From an uncultured cyanobacterium (GTDB lineage: Bacteria; Cyanobacteriota; Cyanobacteriia; Cyanobacteriales; Cyanobacteriaceae), in assembly GCA_963749915.1 (NCBI GenBank), contig CAVVOP010000008.1:480001-544000 (forward strand): DNA of 64,000 bases, in the 5' to 3' direction. A program made the translations under genes and the position numbers. The stretch's first letter is position 1; the number at the start of each line of letters is the position of its first letter. Shown in pieces: positions 20,016 to 30,462 of the stretch. The notes under the pieces are model-generated. The model was not told the DNA's origin. It did no database searches and saw only the letters and a list, made by a program, of their open reading frames with translations.

Positions 20016-20744
20016 TTAGGCTTGAAAATTATCTCCTAAATAGTATTGTCTAACTAAGGGGTTGTTATAAAGTTCTTCTGCTGTACCAGAAGCTAATATT
20101 TGTCCCTCCCTCATAATATAAGATCTGCTAGTAATAGCCAAAGTTTCTCTGACATTATGATCTGTAATTAAGATTCCCATGTCCTTATTTTTGAGATCGG
20201 CAATGATTTTTTGTATTTCTGATACAGCGATGGGGTCTACTCCAGCGAAAGGTTCGTCTAAGAGGAGAAATTTAGGACCTTGTTTCCCCACTGCCAACGC
20301 CCTTGCTAATTCAGTTCTGCGTCTTTCCCCCCCCGAAACTTGAGATCCTTTCGTATCTACTACTTTTTCCAGACGAAATTCGGCGATCAACTGATCCAAA
20401 CGCATCTTACGGAAACGGGGGGAAAAGTTTGTTTGTTCTAATACTAATTGTATATTCTCTTTAACGGTCAAATTACGAAAAATACTGGCCTGTTGGGTTA
20501 AATAACCAATGCCTAACTTCGCCCGTTGATTCAATTGTAAGCTGGTAATATTTTGGTCATCGAGATAAACATTACCCTCATTAGGCTTAACTAAACCAGT
20601 AGTAATATAAAATGTAGTCGTTTTTCCCGCACCATTGGGTCCTAATAAACCAACAATTTCCCCCTGAAAGACTTTAATATTAACTCGATTAACAATACAT
20701 CTTTGACCGTAAAATTTGTGGACATTTTCTAGCAGTAATTTCAT
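20016..20744 (-). CDS. lptB: LPS export ABC ATPase
   Basis: GLLGPNGAGKTT, SGGERRR, LLDEPFAGVDP, ITDHNVRETL, VRQYYLG. Confidence 0.95.
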   Translation of the reverse strand: MKLLLENVHKFYGQRCIVNRVNIKVFQGEIVGLLGPNGAGKTTTFYITTGLVKPNEGNVYLDDQNITSLQLNQRAKLGIGYLTQQASIFRNLTVKENIQLVLEQTNFSPRFRKMRLDQLIAEFRLEKVVDTKGSQVSGGERRRTELARALAVGKQGPKFLLLDEPFAGVDPIAVSEIQKIIADLKNKDMGILITDHNVRETLAITSRSYIMREGQILASGTAEELYNNPLVRQYYLGDNFQA

Positions 20745-20850
20745 AAATAGTTAATAATCAATAATTAATAATTAGGAATTAACAACAGAGTTTCCTCAGA
20801 AGTCAGGCAAAAATCAAAAATCATCTGAACTCTGAACTCCGAACCCATTA

Positions 20851-21315
20851 TTACTTATTTTCTGTTTCATCCACTAAATAAACAGATTCTACCTGTTGTT
20901 TTGTCTCAGGAGTAGCAATAAATCTACCTTCATCAATTAAATATGTCATAGTTTCTGCTCTCATAGTATTACCTTCTTGAAGAACGTAAACATTACCACT
21001 TAAAACTAAACGTCTTTCTCGGCTAAAATATTGAGCCTGAGTAGAAGTAGCTTGAAGATCTCTTGCAGGGTAGTTAATATAAACATTCCCCCTAGCAGTA
21101 ATTACCCCCGTTTCTGAGTTAGCCTCTTGTATGTCAGATCTTACCGTTAAAGGTTGTTTTGGGATCGCTGATTGTGCTTTTACTTGGTTAAAATTAAAAT
21201 TACTAGAAATAAGCCAAGGGGTTATTAAAGAGATAGCTAGTAATGATGAATAAAAAGTTTTTTTAGTTTTAAGGAACATTTGTAAGGGATTCATAGCAGT
21301 AAATGGGCAAATCAA
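20851..21315 (-). CDS. lptA: LptA/OstA-family protein
   Basis: Signal peptide, SDIQEANSETGVITARGNV, LVLSGNVYVLQEGN; upstream of lptB. Confidence 0.82.
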   Translation of the reverse strand: MICPFTAMNPLQMFLKTKKTFYSSLLAISLITPWLISSNFNFNQVKAQSAIPKQPLTVRSDIQEANSETGVITARGNVYINYPARDLQATSTQAQYFSRERRLVLSGNVYVLQEGNTMRAETMTYLIDEGRFIATPETKQQVESVYLVDETENK

Positions 21316-21372
21316 TGATTAATTCTACTTCTTATTTTAACGGATGGCAGTAATTAGTCTGTTTGACTCTAT

Positions 21373-21620
21373 TAGACCTCTTGCAAAAATAGATTTCTCG
21401 GTTAGGTAATTTTGGATCTCTTGGTCGGCATTCCCTCTCTTGGTGGACGTTCCCTTGCGACTTCCGTCGTCGCGGGCTTCCACCGCTTGCGCCTTTCGGC
21501 GGCGCGGGGTCCGACCGCTTTTGGATTTTGGATTTTGGATTATCCAAGCCTTTCTGACTCCTGACTCCTGACTCCTGACTCCTCTGACGGCCAGATTTTT
21601 TAACTTTTGCAAGAGGTCTA
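21373..21620. mobile_element. 248-bp MITE (16-bp perfect TIR TAGACCTCTTGCAAAA) carrying heptamer arrays and a GC-rich multi-stem insert
   Basis: TIRs at 21373-21388 and 21605-21620; (TTTTGGA)n and (CTGACTC)n arrays; structured core at 21423-21516. Confidence 0.8.
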
Positions 21621-21702
21621 TTTTCTCGTTAAAGTTGCCTGTTAAGAGTTTGGAGTTTGGGCAAAAAGAAAATTAATTGTTAATTGTTCATCAATTCCTA
21701 AT

Positions 21703-22308
21703 TTAATCTCTAGGGGCAAAACGTTCTAAAATAAAAACATTCCCTTCATTACCTCTACCAATACGCAAATTGGCGTCCAAATAGGTAATTTCTAACCATC
21801 CTTGTTGATTATCTTTATTAAAAATTCCCAAGTTAAAATCTAAGGGTAGAAAAGACCTTCCGCCTTCAATTTCATTCACAAAGTCTTTAGGAGAAACATA
21901 ACCTAATAATCTTTGCAAACCAATAATTGACCGCTCAAACTTAACACTAACTCTTTTCGTGGATACTATTTCAAAATTGGCCGCTACACTCACCAATCCT
22001 TCTAAAAAAGGTAAGCCTTTTATCTCCGCCAGATTATAAATTTTATTTGTCCCCGTGCGAATACATTGATAAATTTCGCCTAACTGTAGCAAAGGAATAT
22101 TATCCAAACCCAAAATACTTTTGCTGGTGGTGTAAAGTAGTCGCCAATCACCGTTTACTAATGCTAAGTTATTGAGGGGATTAAGGTTAGGATTATGATC
22201 CTCGATTTTTTCTACGGCGGTTAAAATTTTTACCTTATCAATTTCCGTCGCCAATAAACCCCGATTTTTACCCTCGATGATTTGTAGTAGTTCTGTTTTT
22301 AAACTCAT
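21703..22308 (-). CDS. PAP/fibrillin family protein
   Basis: NRGLLAT, GDWRLLYTTS, GWLEITYLDANLRIGRGNEGNVFIL. Confidence 0.9.
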   Translation of the reverse strand: MSLKTELLQIIEGKNRGLLATEIDKVKILTAVEKIEDHNPNLNPLNNLALVNGDWRLLYTTSKSILGLDNIPLLQLGEIYQCIRTGTNKIYNLAEIKGLPFLEGLVSVAANFEIVSTKRVSVKFERSIIGLQRLLGYVSPKDFVNEIEGGRSFLPLDFNLGIFNKDNQQGWLEITYLDANLRIGRGNEGNVFILERFAPRD

Positions 22309-22380
22309 AATTGATTATTTACAATACTTTGAATAAATGCTATGATGTTTTGTTGCTCAAATTTAACTATTAATTAGTTT

Positions 22381-22641
22381 ATGAAAAATCCTGCCTTGCG
22401 TAAAGAGAAACGTTATGAACCTGCTCCTGTGATACCTTTAAAACAGGATGGTTCTCTCTTAGATTGGTTAGACGCAAATAATCGAATCATCTATCGAGAA
22501 GAAAAAGAAGAAACAGCGGAAAAAGTGGTCGGTTTAGGAGTACCTGAAGATGAGGAAATTTCAGATCTCATCGAGGGTGAAGAGGAAGAATTTGAAGTTG
22601 ATTTGGATGAGGTCGATTCTGACGACGATGATCTCCTGTAA
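22381..22641 (+). CDS. DUF3134-like acidic small protein
   Basis: NPALRKEKRYEPAPVIPLKQDGSLLDWL followed by an acidic tail. Confidence 0.75.
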   Translation: MKNPALRKEKRYEPAPVIPLKQDGSLLDWLDANNRIIYREEKEETAEKVVGLGVPEDEEISDLIEGEEEEFEVDLDEVDSDDDDLL

Positions 22642-22660
22642 TACCCCTATGTCCTTATAT

Positions 22661-22741
22661 TAGACATCGACCACATTTAAGAAAAAGGGGGTTAAAATGC
22701 TTGTTCTACCGTACCAAAATTATAATTTATGAAGAGGTCTA
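22661..22741. mobile_element. Degenerate family-B MITE
   Basis: Same length (81 bp) as 14506-14586 and colinear with it; ends TAGACATC.../...GAGGTCTA. Confidence 0.65.
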
Positions 22742-22847
22742 TTGGGGCATTCTCAGTTTAACAGATAATCTAAGGGAGTTTTTTAAGGGGGAAATTTATC
22801 AGGTTGTTTTCAGGAAACAAATTTATTAGAAAGTCGATTATATTAAA

Positions 22848-23849
22848 ATGACAATTTTTATGAGTAACGAGAAAATAAGAGTCGGGGTTTTAGGTTTTGG
22901 TGGTTTAGGGCAAGCGGCGGCAAGAATACTATGCCCAAAATCAGAAATGCACTTAGTCGCCGTAGCAGATCAAAAAGGTTATGCTTACAACCCAGAAGGC
23001 TTAGATGCCGATACCCTAATCCCAGTGTATCATCAACAAGGTTCTAGCGGATATTTACTAGAATACGGGGTTTTGAGCAATAATAGCATTGAGGATTTGA
23101 TTTCTCATGCTGAGGTTGATGGCTATTTTTTAGCCTTGCCTAACTTACCCAATACCTTTATGGCAGATGTCGCCCGTCAATTTATTTCTGCGGGTTGGCA
23201 TGGGGTTTTAGTAGATGCTTTAAAACGTACTAGTGCGGTAGAACAACTATTACAGCTACAAGAAGACTTAAGCCAAGCAGGTATTACTTATCTAACAGGT
23301 TGTGGTGCAACCCCCGGATTATTAACCGCTGCTGCTTCTATTGCTGCCCAAAGTTTTGCCGAAATTCACCAAGTAAAAATTACTTTCGGAGTAGGCATTG
23401 CTAATTGGGATGCTTATCGTGCCACCATTCGGGAGGATATTGCCCATTTACCCGGATTTGATGTAGATAAAGCCAAAGCCATGACTGACGAGGAAGTGGA
23501 GACATTTTTGGATAAAACCAATGGTATTCTTACCCTCGAAAATATGGAACACGCAGACGATATTATGTTAGAGTCGGCAGGAATTTGCCATCGCTCACAA
23601 GTGTCAGTGGGTGGTATCGTGGATACCCGTAACCCGAAAAAGCCTATTAGTACAAATGTACGAGTAACAGGGCGCACTTTTGAAGGTAAAATTTCCACCC
23701 ATACCTTTACTTTAGGGGATGAAACTAGTATGGCGGCTAATGTTTGTGGCCCAGCTTTTGGTTATCTCAAAGCAGGAATCAAACTTCATCGACAAAATCT
23801 TAACGGCTTATTCACGGCGGCGGAAGTTATGCCTTTATTTGTGAGATAA
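22848..23849 (+). CDS. bioU: BioU, the cyanobacterial/haloarchaeal replacement for BioA in biotin synthesis
   Basis: [11 protein letters not shown]ossmann motif, [14 protein letters not shown] (reactive Lys), [24 protein letters not shown]. Confidence 0.9.
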   Translation: MTIFMSNEKIRVGVLGFGGLGQAAARILCPKSEMHLVAVADQKGYAYNPEGLDADTLIPVYHQQGSSGYLLEYGVLSNNSIEDLISHAEVDGYFLALPNLPNTFMADVARQFISAGWHGVLVDALKRTSAVEQLLQLQEDLSQAGITYLTGCGATPGLLTAAASIAAQSFAEIHQVKITFGVGIANWDAYRATIREDIAHLPGFDVDKAKAMTDEEVETFLDKTNGILTLENMEHADDIMLESAGICHRSQVSVGGIVDTRNPKKPISTNVRVTGRTFEGKISTHTFTLGDETSMAANVCGPAFGYLKAGIKLHRQNLNGLFTAAEVMPLFVR

Positions 23850-23923
23850 CTCCCGACTATTATGATTAAAGTATTCATTTTTCATTGATTATCTGCTCCA
23901 TTAAAATTTATCAACTACTATTC

Positions 23924-24367
23924 ATGGCTAATCTTCTTCATAAAAAAATCGGTGTTGCGGTGATTATTAACGAGAAACAAGAGATTTTAATTGATAAACG
24001 ATTACCGAAAGGTTTAATGGCGAATTTATGGGAATTTCCGGGGGGGAAAATAGAAGCAGGGGAAACCCCCCAAGACTGTATCCAAAGAGAAATTAAAGAA
24101 GAATTAGAGGTTGATATTATTGTTGGTGACCATTTAATAGATATTACTCATACTTATAGCGAATTTATGGTGACGTTATCTGTTTATCTCTGTCAGATTA
24201 TCATGGGGGAACCCCAACCTTTAGAATGTGCCGAAATTCGTTGGGTAACACTATCTCAATTGCATAATTTTGAGTTTCCTTCTGCCAATAAAGCTATAAT
24301 TTCCGCCCTAGAAAATTATGAGATAACAATAGACAATTTTAAAGTAAGAAAATTCATAACTGCCTAG
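23924..24367 (+). CDS. mutT: 8-oxo-dGTP diphosphatase (Nudix)
   Basis: LWEFPGGKIEAGETPQDCIQREIKEEL Nudix box; FPSAN. Confidence 0.88.
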   Translation: MANLLHKKIGVAVIINEKQEILIDKRLPKGLMANLWEFPGGKIEAGETPQDCIQREIKEELEVDIIVGDHLIDITHTYSEFMVTLSVYLCQIIMGEPQPLECAEIRWVTLSQLHNFEFPSANKAIISALENYEITIDNFKVRKFITA

Positions 24368-24425
24368 TGGTCTGTCAAGATAGTTTTGAGGGACTGGGAA
24401 CGGATAATTTTGGATTTTGGATTTT
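24364..24425. repeat. Inverted, truncated copy of MITE family A
   Basis: Near-exact reverse complement of ~4502-4563; its terminal CTAG overlaps the mutT stop codon. Confidence 0.8.
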
Positions 24426-24604
24426 TTCAAAATAACCTTCCAATTTGAATCAAACTAATTATCAAGAAATACTCACAATATTAATTACTTATTTAAGTTT
24501 TTATATCTATAATGTAAATATATAGTTCGAAGTTAAAAAATTCTCTGAAAACGATTGTACTGTAAAACTTATTTTTCCCCGAATACTTAGAGTAGGAGGA
24601 GACT

Positions 24605-24829
24605 ATGGATGTCTATATTACTCGTGAAGGAACTAAATTAACCGCAGAATTCCCCCAGGAATTAATGGAAAGGCTCTCTCAAGTTGAACCTGTTTGTGAT
24701 TTTTTGTTTAAACAGTTCAAAGAAAAATCGAATTCTCAAAAAAAACCTCAGAAGATTAACTGCGAAAGCTTTATCGCGGAACTGATTCAAAACGATTACT
24801 TATCGGTAATAGATCCTGTTGACGGTTAA
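24605..24829 (+). CDS. Small hypothetical protein
   Basis: 74-aa ORF with a strong AGGAGGAG SD; leads the MFS-acs cluster. Confidence 0.6.
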   Translation: MDVYITREGTKLTAEFPQELMERLSQVEPVCDFLFKQFKEKSNSQKKPQKINCESFIAELIQNDYLSVIDPVDG

Positions 24830-24951
24830 TTTCAAAAAAGTTAATAACAATAACTTTAAATATAGCGGTGGGGCGATTAGTAGCAACGGGAGCAACACAT
24901 CACCATTTTCAGACTGCGATCGCTTCCCATCAGTCAAAATGGAGGTACAAA

Positions 24952-26217
24952 ATGAATAACCAGAAAAATTGGCAACTGTTTGGATTACCAGCAGAAAAAG
25001 GAAGATGGTTGTATGTACTGTTAGGATTGCTAGTTCTTTTGTGTCTAGGTACGGTGTATTCCTGGAGTATTTTTCGAAAACCCCTCGAATCTTTATTCGA
25101 CATCAGTGCCACCCAAAGCCTATTACCCTTTACCATTTTATTGCTAGTGTTTGCGATTTTAATGCCCATCACTGGCTTTTTTATTAATAAATTAGGCTTA
25201 CGTTTGATTACAGTAATTGGGGGCATAGTTATGGGTATGGGCTATATCCTTTCGAGCTTTGCCTCTAATATCACGACTTTGGTGATAACTTATGGTGTAA
25301 TTGCTGGAGCTGGAGTCGGTATAGTCTATGGTGTACCCCTGGCAGTGACAGCTAAGTGGTTTCCCGATAAAAAAGGATTAGCAGTGGGTTTAACGGTGAT
25401 CGGTTTTGGTTTATCCCCTTTTATTACTGCACCTTTAGCCAAAACCTTAATTGGTAGTTATGGTGTTTTATTTACTTTCGCCATTTTGGGGTGCCTTTTC
25501 ACCGCGATTATACTTGCCGTTGCCACTACCCTAAAACTACCCCCGCAAGAATGGAAACCCGTTACCTATAATCCACCCCTTACCTCAGCAGGAGAGAGAG
25601 CGAAAGAAACGGCATTGTTAAAATCCCCTTCTTTCTACTCCCTTTGGGTATGTTATGCCATTGGTACTTTTGTGGGATTGTCGGCGATAGGTATTTCTAG
25701 TCCTGTAGCAGAAGAAATTATTAAATTAGATGCCACGACTGCCGCTCTAACTGTTTCTCTATTTGCGATCTTCAATGGTGTTGGCAGACCCTTATTTGGC
25801 TGGTTAACGGATAAAATTCAACCCAAAGGAGCAGCGATCGCTTCATATATCTTAATCTTAATCGGCTCCATTATCATGATCTCTGCTAGTGAAGGGCAAA
25901 TAATATCCTATGTTGTCGCTTTTTCCTTTTTCTGGTTGGCTTTAGGAGGTTGGTTAGCCATCGCACCCACGGCTACTTTAACTTTTTTCCATCCAGATAA
26001 CTATGGGAAAAATTACGGTATTGTTTTTACCGCTTATGGAGTTGGTGCTTTATTAGGCACTTTAGTGGCTGGGCAATTAAGAGATTTATTTGGTAGTTAC
26101 ATCTTAGCTTTTTATCCCATGGCTGGCTTAGCCATCGCCGGAATTGTTATTGCTGAATTGACTCTGCACTACCATCATCCGCGTCAAATTCAGTTGAAAC
26201 AAGACTTACGCTGTTGA
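24952..26217 (+). CDS. MFS transporter, oxalate/formate antiporter (OFA) family
   Basis: GGAGG SD before ATG 24952; LCLGTVYSWSIF, KWFPDKKGLAVGL, FNGVGRPLFGWLTD, YGKNYGIVFTAYG; ~12 TM helices. Confidence 0.88.
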   Translation: MNNQKNWQLFGLPAEKGRWLYVLLGLLVLLCLGTVYSWSIFRKPLESLFDISATQSLLPFTILLLVFAILMPITGFFINKLGLRLITVIGGIVMGMGYILSSFASNITTLVITYGVIAGAGVGIVYGVPLAVTAKWFPDKKGLAVGLTVIGFGLSPFITAPLAKTLIGSYGVLFTFAILGCLFTAIILAVATTLKLPPQEWKPVTYNPPLTSAGERAKETALLKSPSFYSLWVCYAIGTFVGLSAIGISSPVAEEIIKLDATTAALTVSLFAIFNGVGRPLFGWLTDKIQPKGAAIASYILILIGSIIMISASEGQIISYVVAFSFFWLALGGWLAIAPTATLTFFHPDNYGKNYGIVFTAYGVGALLGTLVAGQLRDLFGSYILAFYPMAGLAIAGIVIAELTLHYHHPRQIQLKQDLRC

Positions 26218-26277
26218 AGCAGAATCAATCTTCAACCCAAAAACAAATTTTAAATTTTAATAAAAGGAGATAAGACC

Positions 26278-28242
26278 ATGACTCAAACTGTAATTGAATC
26301 AACTCTTAAAGAAGAACGTTTATTCCCTCCACCCTCTGAATTTGCTCAAAAAGCTCACATCAAAAGTTTTGCCGATTATCAAAAACTTTATGATTATGCC
26401 AAAAACGAACCCGAAAGATTTTGGGCACAGTTAGCAGAAACAGAATTACATTGGTTTCGCAAATGGGATCAGGTACTAGATTGGCAACCACCTTTTGCTA
26501 AATGGTTTGTGGGCGGAAAACTCAATGTTTCTTATAATTGCTTAGATCGTCATCTCGAAAGCGAAAAACGAGACAAAACCGCTTTAATTTGGGAAGGTGA
26601 ACCCGGAGATGTACGCACCTTTACTTATGCTCAATTGCATGAGGAAGTCTGTCGCATGGCGAATGTACTGAAAAAATTAGGGGTTGAAAAGGGCGATCGC
26701 GTCGGTATTTATTTACCGATGATTCCTGAAGCGGCCATCGCCATGTTAGCTTGTGCCAGAATTGGGGCTCCTCATACCCTTGTTTTTGCTGGTTTTAGTG
26801 CCGAAGCCTTGAAAGGCAGATTGTTAGATGCCCAAGCCAAATTAGTAATTACTGCTGATGGTGGTTGGCGTAAAGATGCCATTGTTCCTCTCAAAGAGCA
26901 AGTAGACCAAGCTTTGGAAAATAATCGCGTTCCCAGTGTTAAAAATGTTTTAGTAGTTAAACGCACTGCACAAGGGATCGCCATGAAACCAGAGCGAGAT
27001 CACTGGTGGCACGAATTAAAAGCAGACGCTTCCACTGATTACCCGGCTGAAGAAATGGATAGTGAAGATGTACTTTTTATCCTCTATACCTCTGGTACAA
27101 CTGGTAAACCCAAAGGGGTAGTTCACACCACTGGTGGTTATAATCTTTACACCCATATCACCACTAAATGGGTTTTTGATCTCCGTGATGATGATATCTA
27201 CTGGTGCAGTGCAGATGTAGGTTGGATTACTGGTCATAGCTATATTGTTTATGGTCCTTTGTCCAATGGTGCTACCATCGTCATGTATGAAGGAGTCCCT
27301 CGCCAGTCCAATCCAGGTTGTTTTTGGGATGTGATCGAAAAATATGGTGTCACTATCTTCTATACTGCTCCCACTGCCATCAGAATGTTTATGAAAATGG
27401 GAGAAGAATTACCCAAAGCCCGTAATTTATCATCCTTGCGTCTGTTGGGTACCGTAGGCGAACCCATAAACCCCGAAGCATGGATGTGGTATCACAAAGT
27501 AATTGGTGGGGAACGTTGTCCCATTGTAGATACCTGGTGGCAAACGGAAACAGGTGGCATCATGTTAACCCCTTTACCAGGTGCCACAACCACAAAACCT
27601 GGTGCGACAACTTTTCCCTTCCCTGGAATTATTGCTGATGTAGTTGATTTAGAAGGTCATCCCGTTGCTGAAGGTCAAGGCGGTTACTTAATTATTAAAC
27701 ATCCTTGGCCGAGTATGATCCGTAATGTTTATGGGGATCCCGATCGCTTCCGTCGTACCTATTGGGAACATATTCCGCCCAAAGATGGTAATTATGTTTA
27801 TTTTACTGGTGATGGAGCCAGAAAAGATCAAGATGAATATTTTTGGGTAATGGGCCGTGTGGATGATGTAATTAATATTGCTGGCCATCGACTGGGTACC
27901 ATGGAAATTGAATCTGCTCTTGTCTCTCATACTTCTGTGGCGGAAGCCGCAGTTGTTGGGCGACCAAGTCAAGTTAAAGGAGAAGAAATCGTTGCTTTCG
28001 TTACTATCGAAAACAATTATGTTGCTTGCGAGGGACTCGAACAGGAACTAAAAAAACACGTTGTGGCTAAAATAGGTGCGATCGCCCGTCCAGCACAAAT
28101 TCGTTTTACTGAGGGCCTGCCCAAAACCCGCTCAGGTAAAATTATGCGTCGTTTACTTCGTTCCCTAGCTTCGGGAGAAGAAGTTAGTGGAGATACCTCC
28201 ACTTTAGAAGATCGTGGCGTTTTAGAAAAATTACGTGGTTAA
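26278..28242 (+). CDS. acs: Acetyl-CoA synthetase (AMP-forming)
   Basis: [46 protein letters not shown]. Confidence 0.95.
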   Translation: MTQTVIESTLKEERLFPPPSEFAQKAHIKSFADYQKLYDYAKNEPERFWAQLAETELHWFRKWDQVLDWQPPFAKWFVGGKLNVSYNCLDRHLESEKRDKTALIWEGEPGDVRTFTYAQLHEEVCRMANVLKKLGVEKGDRVGIYLPMIPEAAIAMLACARIGAPHTLVFAGFSAEALKGRLLDAQAKLVITADGGWRKDAIVPLKEQVDQALENNRVPSVKNVLVVKRTAQGIAMKPERDHWWHELKADASTDYPAEEMDSEDVLFILYTSGTTGKPKGVVHTTGGYNLYTHITTKWVFDLRDDDIYWCSADVGWITGHSYIVYGPLSNGATIVMYEGVPRQSNPGCFWDVIEKYGVTIFYTAPTAIRMFMKMGEELPKARNLSSLRLLGTVGEPINPEAWMWYHKVIGGERCPIVDTWWQTETGGIMLTPLPGATTTKPGATTFPFPGIIADVVDLEGHPVAEGQGGYLIIKHPWPSMIRNVYGDPDRFRRTYWEHIPPKDGNYVYFTGDGARKDQDEYFWVMGRVDDVINIAGHRLGTMEIESALVSHTSVAEAAVVGRPSQVKGEEIVAFVTIENNYVACEGLEQELKKHVVAKIGAIARPAQIRFTEGLPKTRSGKIMRRLLRSLASGEEVSGDTSTLEDRGVLEKLRG

Positions 28243-28272
28243 GCTCACAAGTACAGGTAGACTCTGTGCTCC

Positions 28273-28420
28273 CTAGCCTGGATTGTTCACCAAAGGCTAA
28301 AACCCTTATTATGAAATAACTTCAAAAAAAAACAGTCTGTTTTTTGAAGCGGTTGCGAGGATGTTTGTGGGACACTGCCTTTGGAGATTTTCTTTGATCT
28401 TCATGAATAATCCAGGCTAG
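28273..28420. mobile_element. 148-bp MITE-like element, family C
   Basis: CTAGCCTGGATTGTTCA ... TGAATAATCCAGGCTAG: 17-bp TIR with one mismatch and CTAG ends. Confidence 0.7.
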
Positions 28421-28459
28421 CCATTTTAGCAAAGTAAATAAGAACTAATTCGGAGATAA

Positions 28460-29174
28460 TCGGTTTTTTTTTGTCTAAATCCACTAACACTGCGGCGTAA
28501 TTCTTTCCTCCTTTTAACTGAGTTATTTCATCAATTCCTAATCTTTTTAAATCCTTTGGTTTTTCTTCTAATAAATCCTCTGATTTTTCTTTTAATAAGG
28601 TTTCTATTTCTCTGGGATTCATTCCATTTCTTTTGGCAGTTTTTAAAATATCACTTTCTAGCACTTCCTTAACTACTTTCTCTGCCAATCTAGTTGTATA
28701 AGTCCTTCTTTTTTTGACAAAATTTAACTCTTCACTAAAAATTTTCTGGCAATGAATACATCGAAATTGACGGCGGTTAATATTTAAAAACACATCATAA
28801 CCACTCAAAAGTATATCTCTAATTCGATAATAATGATCTTGGTGTATTTTATTAGTAATAGTATGACAATAAGGGCAAGTTGACTCTGATGTTTGATTCG
28901 ATAATGTAATTAAAATTTCGTTGTCAGTAATAAAATGGTAATCAGTAGCTTTGACTCCCTCAAAATTAATAAGTTTAGTGATAAGATGAAGAGAGGAATT
29001 AGAAGGCATAAGATAAAAATTATTGTTTTATTTAAAAATTTGATTAATTTTCCTAATAGTTTAAAAGCGAGGTAGCATGTATTTATCAGAACTGATCGCT
29101 TCACTTGTGTAAAATTTTACCATTTTGTGACTTTGTTTTTGTACTTAATTTGTCATACTCACTGTAGAAGAGCC
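28460..29174 (-). mobile_element. Truncated ISL3-family element
   Basis: Transposase N-terminal part (29009 down to ~28460) with CPYC/CIHC zinc finger, RRQFRC and LGIDE. The ORF drifts into unrelated sequence after KKPI. GGCTCT-type end at 29174. Confidence 0.85.
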
Positions 29175-29348
29175 ATAAATTTTTTCTTGGGGATTAGGAA
29201 TTCGAGATTAGGTCAAGGGGAAAATCTCCCATTTAAATCCCGTTTAAGTTGAAAACCGTAGTTTTTACGATCTAGATTAAAGTCTGTTTTTAATTCATAT
29301 ATTGATCGTCTAAAACAGCGATCGGAATATGAACATTTTTGAGAACAA

Positions 29349-29580
29349 GCATTTGATAGTCATGAAACGGTGAAAAATTTGATGACCAAAGCAAAAACTC
29401 GTTCAGGATTAAAAGTATTTTGCCATATAACTGATAAAGTCTATGAAACAGGAAAAAAAGTGGCTCAAGACTTCAAAGAAAATATGAGTATCATTTTTGA
29501 TCAAGATCTCCCTCAATGGAATTATGTAGCCACACCAAAATCTTCATAAGTTTACTAAATAATTAAATCCTCATTGCTAA
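29349..29580 (+). mobile_element. ISAzo13-family transposase C-terminal fragment plus element end
   Basis: My translation of 29349-29549: AFDSHETVKNLMTKAKTRSGLKVFCHITDKVYETGKKVAQDFKENMSIIFDQDLPQWNY; no start codon. Confidence 0.75.
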
Positions 29581-29634
29581 TTGTTCTTCGGGAATTTTGT
29601 CTATTTCTGATTGAATAAGTTGTTTAAGTGTCAT
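29575..29634 (-). pseudogene. N-terminal stub of a DUF2281-like small antitoxin
   Basis: ATG 29634 gives MTLKQLIQSEIDKIPEEQL, then runs into the ISAzo13 end. Confidence 0.4.
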
Positions 29635-29714
29635 GGTTTTAAGCAATAAGTAATCTTAATACAAGCCCTCATCTTCGGGGGCATATCCCTTAAAAAATGT
29701 CTTATGAGAGCGTC

Positions 29715-30171
29715 TGGACTTTGGACAAAAAGGAATCAGTTAGCGTAATTCCTACAATAACTAAAAAGGAAAAACAAGAGGGATTGTCATCAGCCGTCCA
29801 ATAGCTGAAAATACTGTTAAATTAACCTTTAGCTAGGCCGTTTTTTTCTTACTTGCCGTTTTTTTCACGGTGGGATAACGTAATCTTGAGGGTAACTTTG
29901 TACCTTTTTCCCGCCCCGATGAATAACCTCGGACTTTGGGTGAAGGTGAAGAAGTGCCAAAAGTACGAATTATCCTTTTATAGTCTCTTTGCACTATACA
30001 TGGTCCAAAAAACATAAACATATTGGCTACATCATTACGCTCATATTGATAGTCATACCTTTTATCCGCCAACATTTGAAGTGTCCATTTTGCCTTTCCC
30101 ATGGGTGTTTCACTACAAGCGATTGAAATCAGAAAAGATCGTAAATTATTGGAGATGTCTATTTTAGTCAC
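29715..30171 (-). mobile_element. Chimeric transposase remnants (IS630 pieces fused to an IS4/IS701-like C-terminus)
   Basis: IS630-like LISIACSETPMGKAKWTLQMLADK and RYDYQYERNDVANMFMFF, joined to FGTSSPSPKVRGYSSGREKG...RYPTVKK; probable element end near 29715-29730. Confidence 0.65.
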
Positions 30172-30462
30172 TGGTGCTGGTTTTTTTTTGATGATCTATG
30201 AGCTACATTGCCACTGGGTAGGTGCGACCTCAATATAATAGGATTGCTATAGATAATCGGTTTTAGATAAATGTGCCAAAATCCGCCATCTCTAAGTGTG
30301 TCACAACGTTACTTTGATTATTTCTTGATCATTCATTTGTTTCAGTTGTTTTGCTGGGACTTCTTTTTTTACGAGTTCATTGCTGGCTCTAAATGTACCT
30401 CTGACGCCAGAAAGTAAAAATTTTTTATTTGATATACTGTTAAGTTTAGTGTGAGTGTTAAT

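Noticed and set aside
21332..21612. ORFs 21332-21547 and 21337-21612
   Set aside because: They are translations of the MITE and its heptamer arrays (SQESGVR, NPKSKI).
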